This document shows, one piece after another, positions 50,640 through 60,588 of a DNA stretch of 64,000 nt. Source of the DNA: a virus; IMG/VR virus record IMGVR_UViG_3300042887_002430, positions 28,483 through 92,482 of that record; one strand, written 5' to 3'. The notes beneath the pieces are model-generated. The model was not told the origin of the DNA, ran no database searches, and saw only the letters and a list, made by a program, of their open reading frames with translations. How positions within the stretch are numbered: position 1 is the stretch's first letter; each line of letters begins with the position of its first letter. A program made the position numbers and the translations under genes.

Positions 50640-51128
50640 ATGATTTTGCATGATGAACAGGGCGAACCATTTCTTATTAATAGTATCAAACAACCGATAC
50701 ATGCTAATCATATTTGGTGTTTAGATTTAAGTATATTAGATTATACGTTAAAACAAATTTCAGTATTAGAAGAGAACACATGCAATACAATTGTATTATC
50801 CATAAATAATAATATCGTAAAAATGCCTGCATTCTGGTATGTTCTTGTGTGTGACCCTGAGACCACACAAATAGATTGTGTTCAAGCCGCCACATTATCT
50901 AATAATACCTTTTATGCCTTAATATATGGTTCTCAAATGGCACAAACAGAATTAAAGCCTATTACTGTAGTAGATTGGATACCCACCGATGTAAATGTTT
51001 ACCCAACTATTACTAGAAATTTAATGTTATGTCATGATGTTGGTGATAATAAATGGGCTTCCATATCTTTTTCCGATACCTATTCTCGTTTTTTAAAAAA
51101 CAAATTTTCCATAGATTTAGTCTCTTAA
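50640..51128 (+). CDS. phage hypothetical protein
   Basis: 162 aa; AGGAGG RBS. Confidence 0.75.
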   Translation: MILHDEQGEPFLINSIKQPIHANHIWCLDLSILDYTLKQISVLEENTCNTIVLSINNNIVKMPAFWYVLVCDPETTQIDCVQAATLSNNTFYALIYGSQMAQTELKPITVVDWIPTDVNVYPTITRNLMLCHDVGDNKWASISFSDTYSRFLKNKFSIDLVS

Positions 51129-51142
51129 CCAGGAGTTTCACC

Positions 51143-51346
51143 ATGTTTCAAGGAAGTGCTATAATTTTATTAATCGCCGTTTGGTATGCATCAATTACAC
51201 AAGCATTTGTTTATGCTTACAATTTTAATAATATCTATGCTTTTTGTATTGGTATTGTAATTGCTTATTTCCTACCATCTATTGCTATTCGACATGTTTC
51301 ACAATATTTTCATAATTCTAAACAACATAAAATTATTAATAAATGA
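51143..51346 (+). CDS. small membrane protein
   Basis: Start MFQGS after AGGAG; two hydrophobic segments. Confidence 0.55.
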   Translation: MFQGSAIILLIAVWYASITQAFVYAYNFNNIYAFCIGIVIAYFLPSIAIRHVSQYFHNSKQHKIINK

Positions 51347-51513
51347 ACAAAGATATTGACTAATGACAACAAATACATATAATACTATAACGTAACCGGA
51401 GAAACTAAGATTTCGTGAAATGTGTTTACATTAATACAAATCATCTTCGTTACATAGGGGATGATTTGTATAATCATCAAAAAAATTAATGACTACCTTT
51501 CTAAACAATAAAT

Positions 51514-51828
51514 ATGGCTAAGAAAAAATCTAAAACCGAAATATCAGTATCAGAATTTAAATCATGGATTTCTGGTATTGAAGATATGCAAGAAGATGAT
51601 TGGGTACCTAATAAAGCACAATGGGATAAAATTAAGGCAAAAATTGAATTATTAACGGAAGATGTAGTGGAAAATACGATAGAACAAAATGTTTTACCAT
51701 CATACCCACAACAATATCATCAACCAATTCAACAATACCAACCACCCATGATGCCAACCTTCCACGCATCAACTCCCATGATGTCAGATATTACATACAC
51801 AAATGGCGATATGCCAGAATTTTTATAG
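51514..51828 (+). CDS. phage hypothetical protein
   Basis: EFKSWISGIEDMQEDDWVP...QW.KI. Confidence 0.75.
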   Translation: MAKKKSKTEISVSEFKSWISGIEDMQEDDWVPNKAQWDKIKAKIELLTEDVVENTIEQNVLPSYPQQYHQPIQQYQPPMMPTFHASTPMMSDITYTNGDMPEFL

Positions 51829-51836
51829 GATTAAAT

Positions 51837-52163
51837 ATGTCTAAAGTTACAAGTTCCAGAGGCTCCATGGTAGATTTTGAATTGATGAATATTATGGCAA
51901 ATATCAATGCACCAAAAGCTCAAACAGTTTCACCATCAGCACCAAAATATTATAATGTTGAACACGATATTGCTTATGTGGAGGCCATTTCTACTGAACA
52001 ATTCCTTCGGGAACAATTAGCAAACAGTATTCCACCTACACCAGAAGTTACTGAAGAAGCTCCAGTAAAATTAGAAATTGTTGAACCGTCTACAGAATCA
52101 GATGATTTTGATGATATAAATGTTGACAATGTAACAGAAACAAAGAATAATAAACGAAAATAA
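51837..52163 (+). CDS. phage hypothetical protein
   Basis: N-terminal SSRGSMVDF motif; precedes GroES. Confidence 0.7.
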   Translation: MSKVTSSRGSMVDFELMNIMANINAPKAQTVSPSAPKYYNVEHDIAYVEAISTEQFLREQLANSIPPTPEVTEEAPVKLEIVEPSTESDDFDDINVDNVTETKNNKRK

Positions 52164-52181
52164 TTTATTAACGAGGTTTTA

Positions 52182-52478
52182 ATGATTTCAACATTGCATA
52201 ATAACATCCTTTTTACTTTCAATGATGCCTCTGATTCACAAGGGTTTAATAATGTTTCCACTGGTGGGATTGTTTATAAATCCTTCGACCATGATGCTAA
52301 AACCCCACGATGGGCTACAGTATTAGTAGTAGGTCCAGATGTTAAAGATGTGAAAGCAGGTGATGAAATTCTTATTGAGAATCTTAGATGGTCTGAAGGA
52401 CACGAGATTGAAGGTTTGAAAATTTGGATGACACAAGAATCTGAAGTGATGTGCATCCGTGAACCAGATACAGAATAG
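52182..52478 (+). CDS. groES: GroES-like co-chaperonin
   Basis: STGGI, VLVVGP..KDVKAGDEIL and ESEVM. Confidence 0.85.
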   Translation: MISTLHNNILFTFNDASDSQGFNNVSTGGIVYKSFDHDAKTPRWATVLVVGPDVKDVKAGDEILIENLRWSEGHEIEGLKIWMTQESEVMCIREPDTE

Positions 52479-52986
52479 AACTCTTTGGTATGATGGGTCT
52501 ATATCAATAGACCCATCTGACATTTATCAATATCTTGATATTGATAATGTATTTGTTACTCATTTAAATGATGAAATAAAACAATACAATAATCATGTTA
52601 TTGATACTGAACAAATAAAAGTAAAAGATGGGTTAAATACATTCGATACATCATGGAATATTCCAGATACATATAAAGATTTAAATATGATGGAATATAT
52701 TATTGATAAATTATCCAACATATCCGATACATTATCAGATAATGATTTATTAATACGGTATAATAGAATAAAACAAGAATTTAAATTATATGAACAATTG
52801 GATTTGACTATTGTACTGCAAACTATGGTATATATTATTGATACTTTTAAAAAGAAAAATGTCGTCTGGGGTGTAGGTAGAGGTAGTAGTGTATCCAGCT
52901 ATATATTATACTTATTAGAAGTGCATGATGTGGATAGTGTCTTATATGATTTAGATTTTAATGAATTCTTGAGGACTGGCGAATGA
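52459..52986 (+). CDS. stand-alone DnaE (Pol III alpha) fragment
   Basis: WGVGRGSSVSSYILYLLEVHDVD...F.EFL. Confidence 0.8.
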   Translation: MNQIQNRTLWYDGSISIDPSDIYQYLDIDNVFVTHLNDEIKQYNNHVIDTEQIKVKDGLNTFDTSWNIPDTYKDLNMMEYIIDKLSNISDTLSDNDLLIRYNRIKQEFKLYEQLDLTIVLQTMVYIIDTFKKKNVVWGVGRGSSVSSYILYLLEVHDVDSVLYDLDFNEFLRTGE

Positions 52987-53279
52987 TGAAAAAATATTCT
53001 ATGGAATATAAATCCAATAAATTATCTGGGGATTGGACACGATTAAATAATCCTTTATTAGGATTTCCAGATATGTACATAATGATTATTAACAATTATA
53101 GGGTATTGAAAAAATGACAAGAGAACAAAAATTGAATGCAATTTTCTATATGGTAATCTCTATTACTGTATTTAATTTTATTGGATTATTAGCATTCTTA
53201 GATATTGCTTATCTAGTCTATGATAAAATTTCCGGCATCGGTGTAGATGTTGGGATTGTTGAAAAGACTAGTGTATAAT

Positions 53280-53307
53280 AAAAAGCCCCTCTACGAGGGG
53301 CTTTTTT
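53280..53307. terminator. bidirectional terminator
   Basis: A-run-GCCCCTC-TAC-GAGGGGC-T-run. Confidence 0.85.
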
Positions 53308-53310
53308 ATA

Positions 53311-54351
53311 CTATTTTAATAATAATTCAGTTTCGGAAGTATAATAAACGGTTATCATACTTTTAGGTGCAATAGTAACCGGACTAGTTTTAGCAGTAGT
53401 ATCACCATTTACAGTAATTACTAATGGTGATGCCCATGTAATATTTTTAGCACTGGTGGTTTTATTATATAATGAAAAATAAAATCCTTCACCCATTCCT
53501 GAAGATAATGTAATATTATTAGAAATGTTAATAAGTTTTCCTAAATCTGTAGCAACTATAGTATAAGCACTAGAAGGATTAGCCACAGTTAATCGTTTAG
53601 GAACATTAGCTACTAATAACCAATCTACTTGAGTCGTAGGATTTCCTGAAGAATCATTAATAAAACCATTACTAATTTTTAAAATATTATTGGTAATATC
53701 GTACCATAATTGTCCAATGGTATTATTTCCTGGACTTGTGGGGCTAACAGTAACACTATTGATAGATTTCCATGTTTTGGTACCACTCATGTTTACTAAA
53801 ATTTTACAAACATTATCATTAGTATCATACCAAATTTTCCCAGCAACCTCATCAGTAGTTAATGTTGGTTCCGTATCTACCGTGACTGCTCTACTATCAA
53901 CATATGCTTTATCCAATGTGAATACTGCTGTTGGTACTCCTGCAGATAGTGTTGTAGGATTAGCTACAATTTCTGACCATTCTGCACCACTTGAAAAGGT
54001 TTTAGGCTTTGTAATATATTCAGCATCTGTGATTAATGTTGTGGGATGCTTAGTACATATTAATAATTTTGTTCCAGTATACCATAATTGACCGATAATT
54101 GGATTTCTGGGTTCTTTTTCATGATTGAAATTTTCCAATAAATGAATCATATTTGCCCAAAAACCTTGTCCATATTCCGTAGATTGTTTTCCAAATAATT
54201 CTAACGATGTTGACACATCATGGTCGGTAAGAGGAATACTAATAGTGCCAGTATCATTAGCCAATACTACATTATAGTTAACATTAGTAGTTGTTGGTGA
54301 TGTTACTGGTAAGGCACTAGAATATGATAGAGTAATAACAGATGTTGACAT
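53311..54351 (-). CDS. tail fibre-like protein (paralogue family)
   Basis: Shared N-domain L.LFG...YG....N..HLLENF...P..GQLW; further G.(L/I)WYD repeats. Confidence 0.7.
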   Translation of the reverse strand: MSTSVITLSYSSALPVTSPTTTNVNYNVVLANDTGTISIPLTDHDVSTSLELFGKQSTEYGQGFWANMIHLLENFNHEKEPRNPIIGQLWYTGTKLLICTKHPTTLITDAEYITKPKTFSSGAEWSEIVANPTTLSAGVPTAVFTLDKAYVDSRAVTVDTEPTLTTDEVAGKIWYDTNDNVCKILVNMSGTKTWKSINSVTVSPTSPGNNTIGQLWYDITNNILKISNGFINDSSGNPTTQVDWLLVANVPKRLTVANPSSAYTIVATDLGKLINISNNITLSSGMGEGFYFSLYNKTTSAKNITWASPLVITVNGDTTAKTSPVTIAPKSMITVYYTSETELLLK

Positions 54352-54372
54352 TATATTTAACCTATTTAAAAA

Positions 54373-54537
54373 TTATCTAATACCATATTTATCATATAAT
54401 GGAATATGATTAATTAATACGGTATAAGACCCTAAAATTACTACTGGTATAATGAAAAAACTCAAAACTGTTGCGGCAAATGTCAATAAAATAACATTTG
54501 CGAGAATATATAAAATTCCCATAATAAAAATCCTCAT
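54373..54537 (-). CDS. 54-aa hydrophobic protein (not in ORF track)
   Basis: MRIFIMGILYILANVILLTFAATVLSFFIIPVVILG... Confidence 0.4.
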   Translation of the reverse strand: MRIFIMGILYILANVILLTFAATVLSFFIIPVVILGSYTVLINHIPLYDKYGIR

Positions 54538-54539
54538 GG

Positions 54540-56732
54540 TTAAGGAGTGAATTGTACCGCGCGGATAGCACGGGCTATATTACCAGAACCCCCCGTCAAA
54601 TCTATATTGCCGGTATAAGTTGCCCCGTCCGAGAAATTCAAACATTTGAAACCACCGGGAACCGAGTCCCAAGTAAATCCTATTGTTTGACTTGCAACTG
54701 CCGGAGTTTGGGACCAATATGCACTGGCTGATAATGGGGTGAATGGTGTGCCATATGTTGGTGGATATGGCGATTGTCGTAAAATGTCTAATTGTTCGAA
54801 TGTTGGTAACACCCAATCTTTCAAAACACTTCCATTATTTATGGATTTTATATATTGTATTCTATTTGCTAGTGGTAGACCGGATAAATATTTATTTACA
54901 ATAGCACTATCATACATGGTATAGTTGCCGGTACCGGCATATGGCCATTTAACATACAATTGGTCTTTATTCACATACAGATGATAACTTTTTCCATTAG
55001 TGGTAATATCTCCATAATAATATCCATATATTTTAGGGTCTAATGTAGTAGTTGTCGTAGTTGGGGCTGCTGTAGTTGTAGATGTGGTTGGAGCTGCTGT
55101 TGTCGTAGTCGTGGTAGGTTCTTCGGTAGTTGTTGTAGTTGGTTCCTCAGTTGTAGTGGTAGTTGGTTCTTCCGTTGTAGTCGAAGTAGTAGGTGCCACT
55201 GTAGTAGTCGAAGTAGTGGGTGTTGCTGTAGTCGTTGACGTAGTAGGTGCTGCTGTAGTAGTTGTACTAGTTGGTGCCGCAGTTGTTGTAGTAGGAGCTT
55301 CGGTTGTCGTGGTAGTAGGAGCTTCAGTAGTCGTAGTTGGAGCTGCTGTAGTAGTTGTACTAGTTGGTGCCGCAGTTGTTGTAGTAGGAGCTTCGGTTGT
55401 CGTGGTAGTAGGAGCTTCGGTTGTCGTGGTTTGACCAGCCACTGTTGTTGTGGTAGTTGGAGCTTCGGTTGTCGTGGTAGTTGGAGCTTCGGTTGTTGTG
55501 GTAGTAGGAGCTTCGGTTGTCGTGGTTTGACCAGCCACTGTTGTTGTGGTAGTTGGAGCTTCGGTTGTCGTGGTAGTTGGAGCTTCGGTTGTTGTGGTAG
55601 TTGGAGCTGCAGTTGTCGTAGTCGCAGGAGCTGCAGTTGTCGTAGTCGCAGGAGCTGCGGTTGTCGTAGTCGCAGGAGCTGCGGTTGTCGTAGTCGCAGG
55701 AGCTGCGGTAGTTGTTGAAGTTGGAGTAATAAACCCAGGGTCGCTAAAACCTTTAAGTCCAAAAATACTAAAAAATACTTGCTCATTTGCGGTTACTGTG
55801 TTTCTGTAAACCGTTATTGATGATGGAGAGGTTTTCTCAAAAAATATATCATCTATGATGTCGGCAGAAGCATTATTTTTATTAACATTATGCATTCCAC
55901 CAGATAATGTACAATAATATTTTCCGGTAAACGGCGGCTCCCAAGATACGATAATACTACTACTACCAGTAGTAAAAATTATATTCCCAGTAACATACAT
56001 CAACCCATCATTACCAGCATCGATAGAATAAACACATTTATTACTATCTACTAATGTAGTGGGACTATCTATATTATAAAATGATGATGTAATCTGTAGA
56101 TTTGTTTTGGTATCTATATAATTTTTGGTTGCACAATAACTAGAATCACTAAAATCTGATGGTAAGTATACCGTAGTTAATACAGTAGATGCACCAATCA
56201 ATGGGACATATGAACCTTCTTTAGTAGTGTCAGTAGAATTATTACATTTACATGCAGCATTATCAACATATTGTCTATTTGCTAATAATTGTCCATCACT
56301 ATCTGATGTCAATTCATTCAATTGTAATATTCCGTACATTGGTTTGGTATTACCAATTAACGGAATAAATCCCTCCATCGAAGACCCAAAAGTATCGGTG
56401 GTTAATATATTATTAAGAGTTTCTGTTGAAGAATTACTAATTATTGGCCAATCTTTGGGTGTATGTGATGTACACAATTTTAAAACTTTATTATATTTGT
56501 CAAACCATAATTGGCCTTCCAATATCTTGTCACCAAATTGTGGATAATAATCATTACAAAAATTTTCTAAAATGTGTAGAAAATTTTCATTTAAATATTG
56601 AGTCCATTTAGGGGTATTCCTACCAAATAATATTAATGTGGTAGCTTCTTCATTAATGGTGTTTTCTGGTATAACAATATCGTCTCTACCATAATTAAAT
56701 TTAATAGTATATGTAGGGCTTCTTGTTATCAT
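54540..56732 (-). CDS. fibre/adhesin with Thr-rich stalk and Lcl/DUF1566 tip
   Basis: Shared N-domain; about 230 aa of TTTT(E/A)AP repeats; DWVLPTFEQL, YWS and IRAV. Confidence 0.75.
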   Translation of the reverse strand: MITRSPTYTIKFNYGRDDIVIPENTINEEATTLILFGRNTPKWTQYLNENFLHILENFCNDYYPQFGDKILEGQLWFDKYNKVLKLCTSHTPKDWPIISNSSTETLNNILTTDTFGSSMEGFIPLIGNTKPMYGILQLNELTSDSDGQLLANRQYVDNAACKCNNSTDTTKEGSYVPLIGASTVLTTVYLPSDFSDSSYCATKNYIDTKTNLQITSSFYNIDSPTTLVDSNKCVYSIDAGNDGLMYVTGNIIFTTGSSSIIVSWEPPFTGKYYCTLSGGMHNVNKNNASADIIDDIFFEKTSPSSITVYRNTVTANEQVFFSIFGLKGFSDPGFITPTSTTTAAPATTTTAAPATTTTAAPATTTTAAPATTTTAAPTTTTTEAPTTTTTEAPTTTTTVAGQTTTTEAPTTTTTEAPTTTTTEAPTTTTTVAGQTTTTEAPTTTTTEAPTTTTAAPTSTTTTAAPTTTTEAPTTTTTEAPTTTTAAPTSTTTTAAPTTSTTTATPTTSTTTVAPTTSTTTEEPTTTTTEEPTTTTTEEPTTTTTTAAPTTSTTTAAPTTTTTTLDPKIYGYYYGDITTNGKSYHLYVNKDQLYVKWPYAGTGNYTMYDSAIVNKYLSGLPLANRIQYIKSINNGSVLKDWVLPTFEQLDILRQSPYPPTYGTPFTPLSASAYWSQTPAVASQTIGFTWDSVPGGFKCLNFSDGATYTGNIDLTGGSGNIARAIRAVQFTP

Positions 56733-58459
56733 TTAGGAACTCTTCTAATTGCACGAACGGTTGTATCCATATCAGATTTGGCTCTACTAATTTGACCACC
56801 AGAAATGCTGTAACACCAGACTTTATTACCAGCAACTGAACTTTGGGTACTAGACCAGTATACGGTGGAATCATCAACTTCATAAGCAGAAGTCAGGGTA
56901 TTTGACCATTCTTTTATTTTCATAAGTTCTGTAATGGATGGCAAATACCAATCAGTCATAACATATGACGCACTTCCTGGGGCTAATTTTGGAATTGGTA
57001 TTGATTGACAATGGCTTGCCGCCGGATGTTGGCCATTTATCATTTTCATGATACATGCAGTATTGGCTTTACCATCATTGGCATCAGCAGTATATCCAGC
57101 AACACCTTTTTCATTAGCATCAACACTCCCCCAATATTTTTCAACTTCCGAACTTTTTGGTGACAAATAATATTTATATTTGGCATCTTCACCCATATAT
57201 CCAGGCGGTTCTGCCGCAGTGGTAGTTGTGGTGGTCTGTGCTGCAGTAGTCGTTGTTGTAGTAGCCGGTGCTTCAGTAGTTGATGAAGTTGCGTTAGGTG
57301 CCGGTGCTGCAGTAGTTGATGAAGTTGCGTTAGGTGCCGGTGCTGCAGTAGTTGTTGTAGTAGGTTCTTCGGTAGTTGTGGTAGTAGGTGCTTCGGTAGT
57401 TGTGGTAGTCGGTGCTTCGGTAGTAGTTGTTGCAGGGGCAGCAGTAGTCGTGGTAGTAGTTGTAGGTAACACCATCCCAAATAATCCACATAATGAAAAA
57501 TATACTACTTCTGATGTATCTGATGTTTGACGTTGTATAGTTATTGATGATGTAGAAGTTTTTGAAAAATAAATATCATCTATAACATCTGATGATGCAT
57601 TACCTTCTAATACATTATGCATACCCCCAGATAAAACACAATAATAATTATCAGTATATGATGGTGTCCAATTAAATTCTTTAGTATCTTCATACTTATT
57701 AAATATGACACTACCATTAATATACATCATGGTATCATTACCAGACTGCATAATGTGTTGTGAATATGTAGCAGTTTCCAGTGCAGTTGAAGTATTATTA
57801 ATATCAAAATAATTAATATCATTATAAATTTTAGAAATACTATCAATATATTTTTTGTTAGCACCACTATTTTTATCGGCAGGTATCACCTTTTGCAAAA
57901 ATACTTTAGTAGAAACTGTTGCTTCGCCAACCATAGGGACATATACACCAGCTTTGGTATCAACCACTTTCCCACATTTTCCAGATTTTTCTTCAACATA
58001 TTTTTTAGTTGCTAACAATTGATTATTACTGGTGCTATCAATATGAACTAATCTCAATGTTCCATACATTGGAGTATCATTACCATCGATTGGGATGTAA
58101 TTATTTAAATAATTATCAATATTATCAGTGGTTAGAATATTAGTTAATACTGGAGCTTCAGCATTACATAATATATCCCATACCCTAGTATTTTTATCAG
58201 TACATAATTTTAATTTTTGTGTTGAATTGTCAAACCATAATTGTCCATCTAATAATTGATTACTATACCCAGGATAATATTCATTGTTGAAATTTTCCAA
58301 AATATGTACAAAATTTTCATTTATATGTTGTGCCCAATTTTCAGAATTTCTTCCAAATAGTGCTAATGGGGAATCAATCTCATTAACACTATTTTCTGGT
58401 ATAACAATATCTTGTTTACCATTTTTAAATTTAATAACGTATGATGATGGTTTTATCAT
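56729..58459 (-). CDS. fibre/adhesin with Thr-rich stalk and Lcl/DUF1566 tip
   Basis: Shared N-domain; Thr repeats; DGKANT, DWYLPSITEL, YWSST and VRAIR. Confidence 0.8.
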   Translation of the reverse strand: MIKPSSYVIKFKNGKQDIVIPENSVNEIDSPLALFGRNSENWAQHINENFVHILENFNNEYYPGYSNQLLDGQLWFDNSTQKLKLCTDKNTRVWDILCNAEAPVLTNILTTDNIDNYLNNYIPIDGNDTPMYGTLRLVHIDSTSNNQLLATKKYVEEKSGKCGKVVDTKAGVYVPMVGEATVSTKVFLQKVIPADKNSGANKKYIDSISKIYNDINYFDINNTSTALETATYSQHIMQSGNDTMMYINGSVIFNKYEDTKEFNWTPSYTDNYYCVLSGGMHNVLEGNASSDVIDDIYFSKTSTSSITIQRQTSDTSEVVYFSLCGLFGMVLPTTTTTTTAAPATTTTEAPTTTTTEAPTTTTTEEPTTTTTAAPAPNATSSTTAAPAPNATSSTTEAPATTTTTTAAQTTTTTTAAEPPGYMGEDAKYKYYLSPKSSEVEKYWGSVDANEKGVAGYTADANDGKANTACIMKMINGQHPAASHCQSIPIPKLAPGSASYVMTDWYLPSITELMKIKEWSNTLTSAYEVDDSTVYWSSTQSSVAGNKVWCYSISGGQISRAKSDMDTTVRAIRRVPK

Positions 58460-60588
58460 GGAATTGCTTTAATTGCGTCAATAATTAATGATGCATCAGT
58501 AATAGGTGTGGATACACTACCACCAGTTGTAGTAACCATATCAAAATATGCTTTCGCACCAGCAGTAGCACCGGTATTAGCAATCATTTCTGTAGTAGTT
58601 AGCATGGACATACGGATATTTTTGTCATAATATTTAGTCGCCAATGCATTTACTGCTGTTGTATCGGCAGCCTCATTTGAATCAGTTGTTCCACTAGGTG
58701 GAGCATCTGTAATTAATATGACTGTTTTGGCAACATTGTCTCTCCAAGTACCAGCAAAATTATTATAGGTTTTATCTAAGGCTATGTCACCAGGTTCTGG
58801 TGTGGTACAACCAAAACCAAGAAGGAATGTATTTGTATTAATTTTATTAAGTTGTGTTATAAAAGATGATTTATTATTTGATTGCATCATTTCCATAGCA
58901 GTAATCATTTGTACTCTACCACCTTGTGATGAACTGCTATTATTAAATTTTTGGGAGGCTGGTAATGATTTATAATCGGTACTGCTTAGATATCGTTCGA
59001 GTTTACCATATGAAAAAGTAGTAGTTTCGTCAAATAGTACCAAACCTAATCTATAATTAGTATTAGATTTACTGGAAATGGTATCCACAATATTAGAGAT
59101 AGTAGATTTCACCGATTCAATACTAGGACCCATACTTGATGTAAAATCTACCACGAAAACAACGTCCATCCCATCTTTTGCTAAAGATGGATTTCCTGGG
59201 GTTTCTGGTAATGATGCTTGTGTAGTTGTCGTAGTAGGCTCTGCAGTCGTAGTCGTAGTCGTAGTAGGCTCTTCAGTCGTAGTCGTAGTAGGCTCTTCAG
59301 TAGTGGTAGTAGTTGGAGCTTCAGTAGTAGTGGTATGCCCAAATAATGTAGTGGTAGTAGTTGGAGCTGAAGTAGTAGTCGTTGTGGTACCATTTACAGT
59401 AGTCGTAGTAGTTGGAGTTGAAGTAGTAGTCGGTGTGGTACCATTTACAGTAGTCGTAGACGTTACTGCTGTAGTAGTTGTTGATACTTCTGGTGGGGTT
59501 GTTGTTACTGGCGTAGTGGTATCACCACAACATACGGTTTGAACAGTCGCCACTACTGGATTAACTTTACTAGATAATGCCGCATCTGCATTAATATCAG
59601 CAATAGATGAAATATCTCTTGATACTGATACTAATGGTTGAGTAAATCCAAAAATCATACCATCTACTTTTACTGAACTTCCGGTCTTACGTTTAATAGT
59701 AACAGACTGACCATTTGCAATACTCGCATATACTGGAACATTAACATCTACTGATTTACATACTACCGTCATATCATAACCACTCGTCATATTTGATGAA
59801 GTGATAAATGTTACCGGTAACGGTATAGTTAATGAAGTATTTGTTAATAATGCACTAAAATATATAGCAGTGAAAGAATCAGTAGTATCCGGTTGTCTAT
59901 AATCATCTAATCGACCAGTAACATTATATGTTGTTACTACAAAATTATAGTCGGCAGCAATAACTGGATTGTTAGTAACATTCAAAACCCCTAATTCATT
60001 AACATATCCTACGGTAACAGCCTTTCTACTGTCATCTTTACGATATGGGGTTTTAAGTCTTAAAGCCCCTGTCATAGTTGCTGTTTCAGCAGCTATTGGT
60101 AAATATTTTATTGTACTTTTTTCTCTAAAAATCTCATCAACATAGGCTTTAGTGACAGCCTCATTTGAAATATCAAATGCAGTTTTTATAGTCGATACAC
60201 TAATTGGGGTATCATTTCCTGATAATGGAATATAATCATTTAATACCTCAGGTAATATGTTAGTACCATGTGGACCTTTAGAAGTTTCATCTAAATACAC
60301 TACATCTAAATAATCAGTATTAGGTACTAAATTAATCTCAGACCAACCATTCTTTTTATATACTGATATTTTTTTTGTAATATAGTTATAATATGTTTGT
60401 CCTAATATTGGATTAGTTGGTGCAGAAGCACTACAAAAATTATCAGTTAATCTGATTAAATTTGTTAATAATGCTTGCCCATAATTGGTAGAATCATTAC
60501 CATGTAATACCAACGATGATTCGTTATTCGTAGAACGATATGGGATATTAAACGATTTTCCCGAAACAGTTATATTATAATCTCTCAT
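58456..60588 (-). CDS. fibre/adhesin with Thr-rich stalk and vWA tip
   Basis: Shared N-domain; MIDAS DFTSSM; LITDAPP. Confidence 0.8.
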   Translation of the reverse strand: MRDYNITVSGKSFNIPYRSTNNESSLVLHGNDSTNYGQALLTNLIRLTDNFCSASAPTNPILGQTYYNYITKKISVYKKNGWSEINLVPNTDYLDVVYLDETSKGPHGTNILPEVLNDYIPLSGNDTPISVSTIKTAFDISNEAVTKAYVDEIFREKSTIKYLPIAAETATMTGALRLKTPYRKDDSRKAVTVGYVNELGVLNVTNNPVIAADYNFVVTTYNVTGRLDDYRQPDTTDSFTAIYFSALLTNTSLTIPLPVTFITSSNMTSGYDMTVVCKSVDVNVPVYASIANGQSVTIKRKTGSSVKVDGMIFGFTQPLVSVSRDISSIADINADAALSSKVNPVVATVQTVCCGDTTTPVTTTPPEVSTTTTAVTSTTTVNGTTPTTTSTPTTTTTVNGTTTTTTSAPTTTTTLFGHTTTTEAPTTTTTEEPTTTTTEEPTTTTTTTAEPTTTTTQASLPETPGNPSLAKDGMDVVFVVDFTSSMGPSIESVKSTISNIVDTISSKSNTNYRLGLVLFDETTTFSYGKLERYLSSTDYKSLPASQKFNNSSSSQGGRVQMITAMEMMQSNNKSSFITQLNKINTNTFLLGFGCTTPEPGDIALDKTYNNFAGTWRDNVAKTVILITDAPPSGTTDSNEAADTTAVNALATKYYDKNIRMSMLTTTEMIANTGATAGAKAYFDMVTTTGGSVSTPITDASLIIDAIKAIP

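Noticed and set aside
52983-53117. FPDMYI in a short downstream ORF read as the missing DnaE PDIDI motif
   Set aside because: The second Asp is absent and the flanks do not resemble DnaE; probably chance.
55040-55809. Poly-Val, Gln/Leu-rich and Cys/Arg-rich ORFs (also at 57046-57530 and 59078-59542)
   Set aside because: Antisense or alternate-frame shadows of the Thr-rich repeats.
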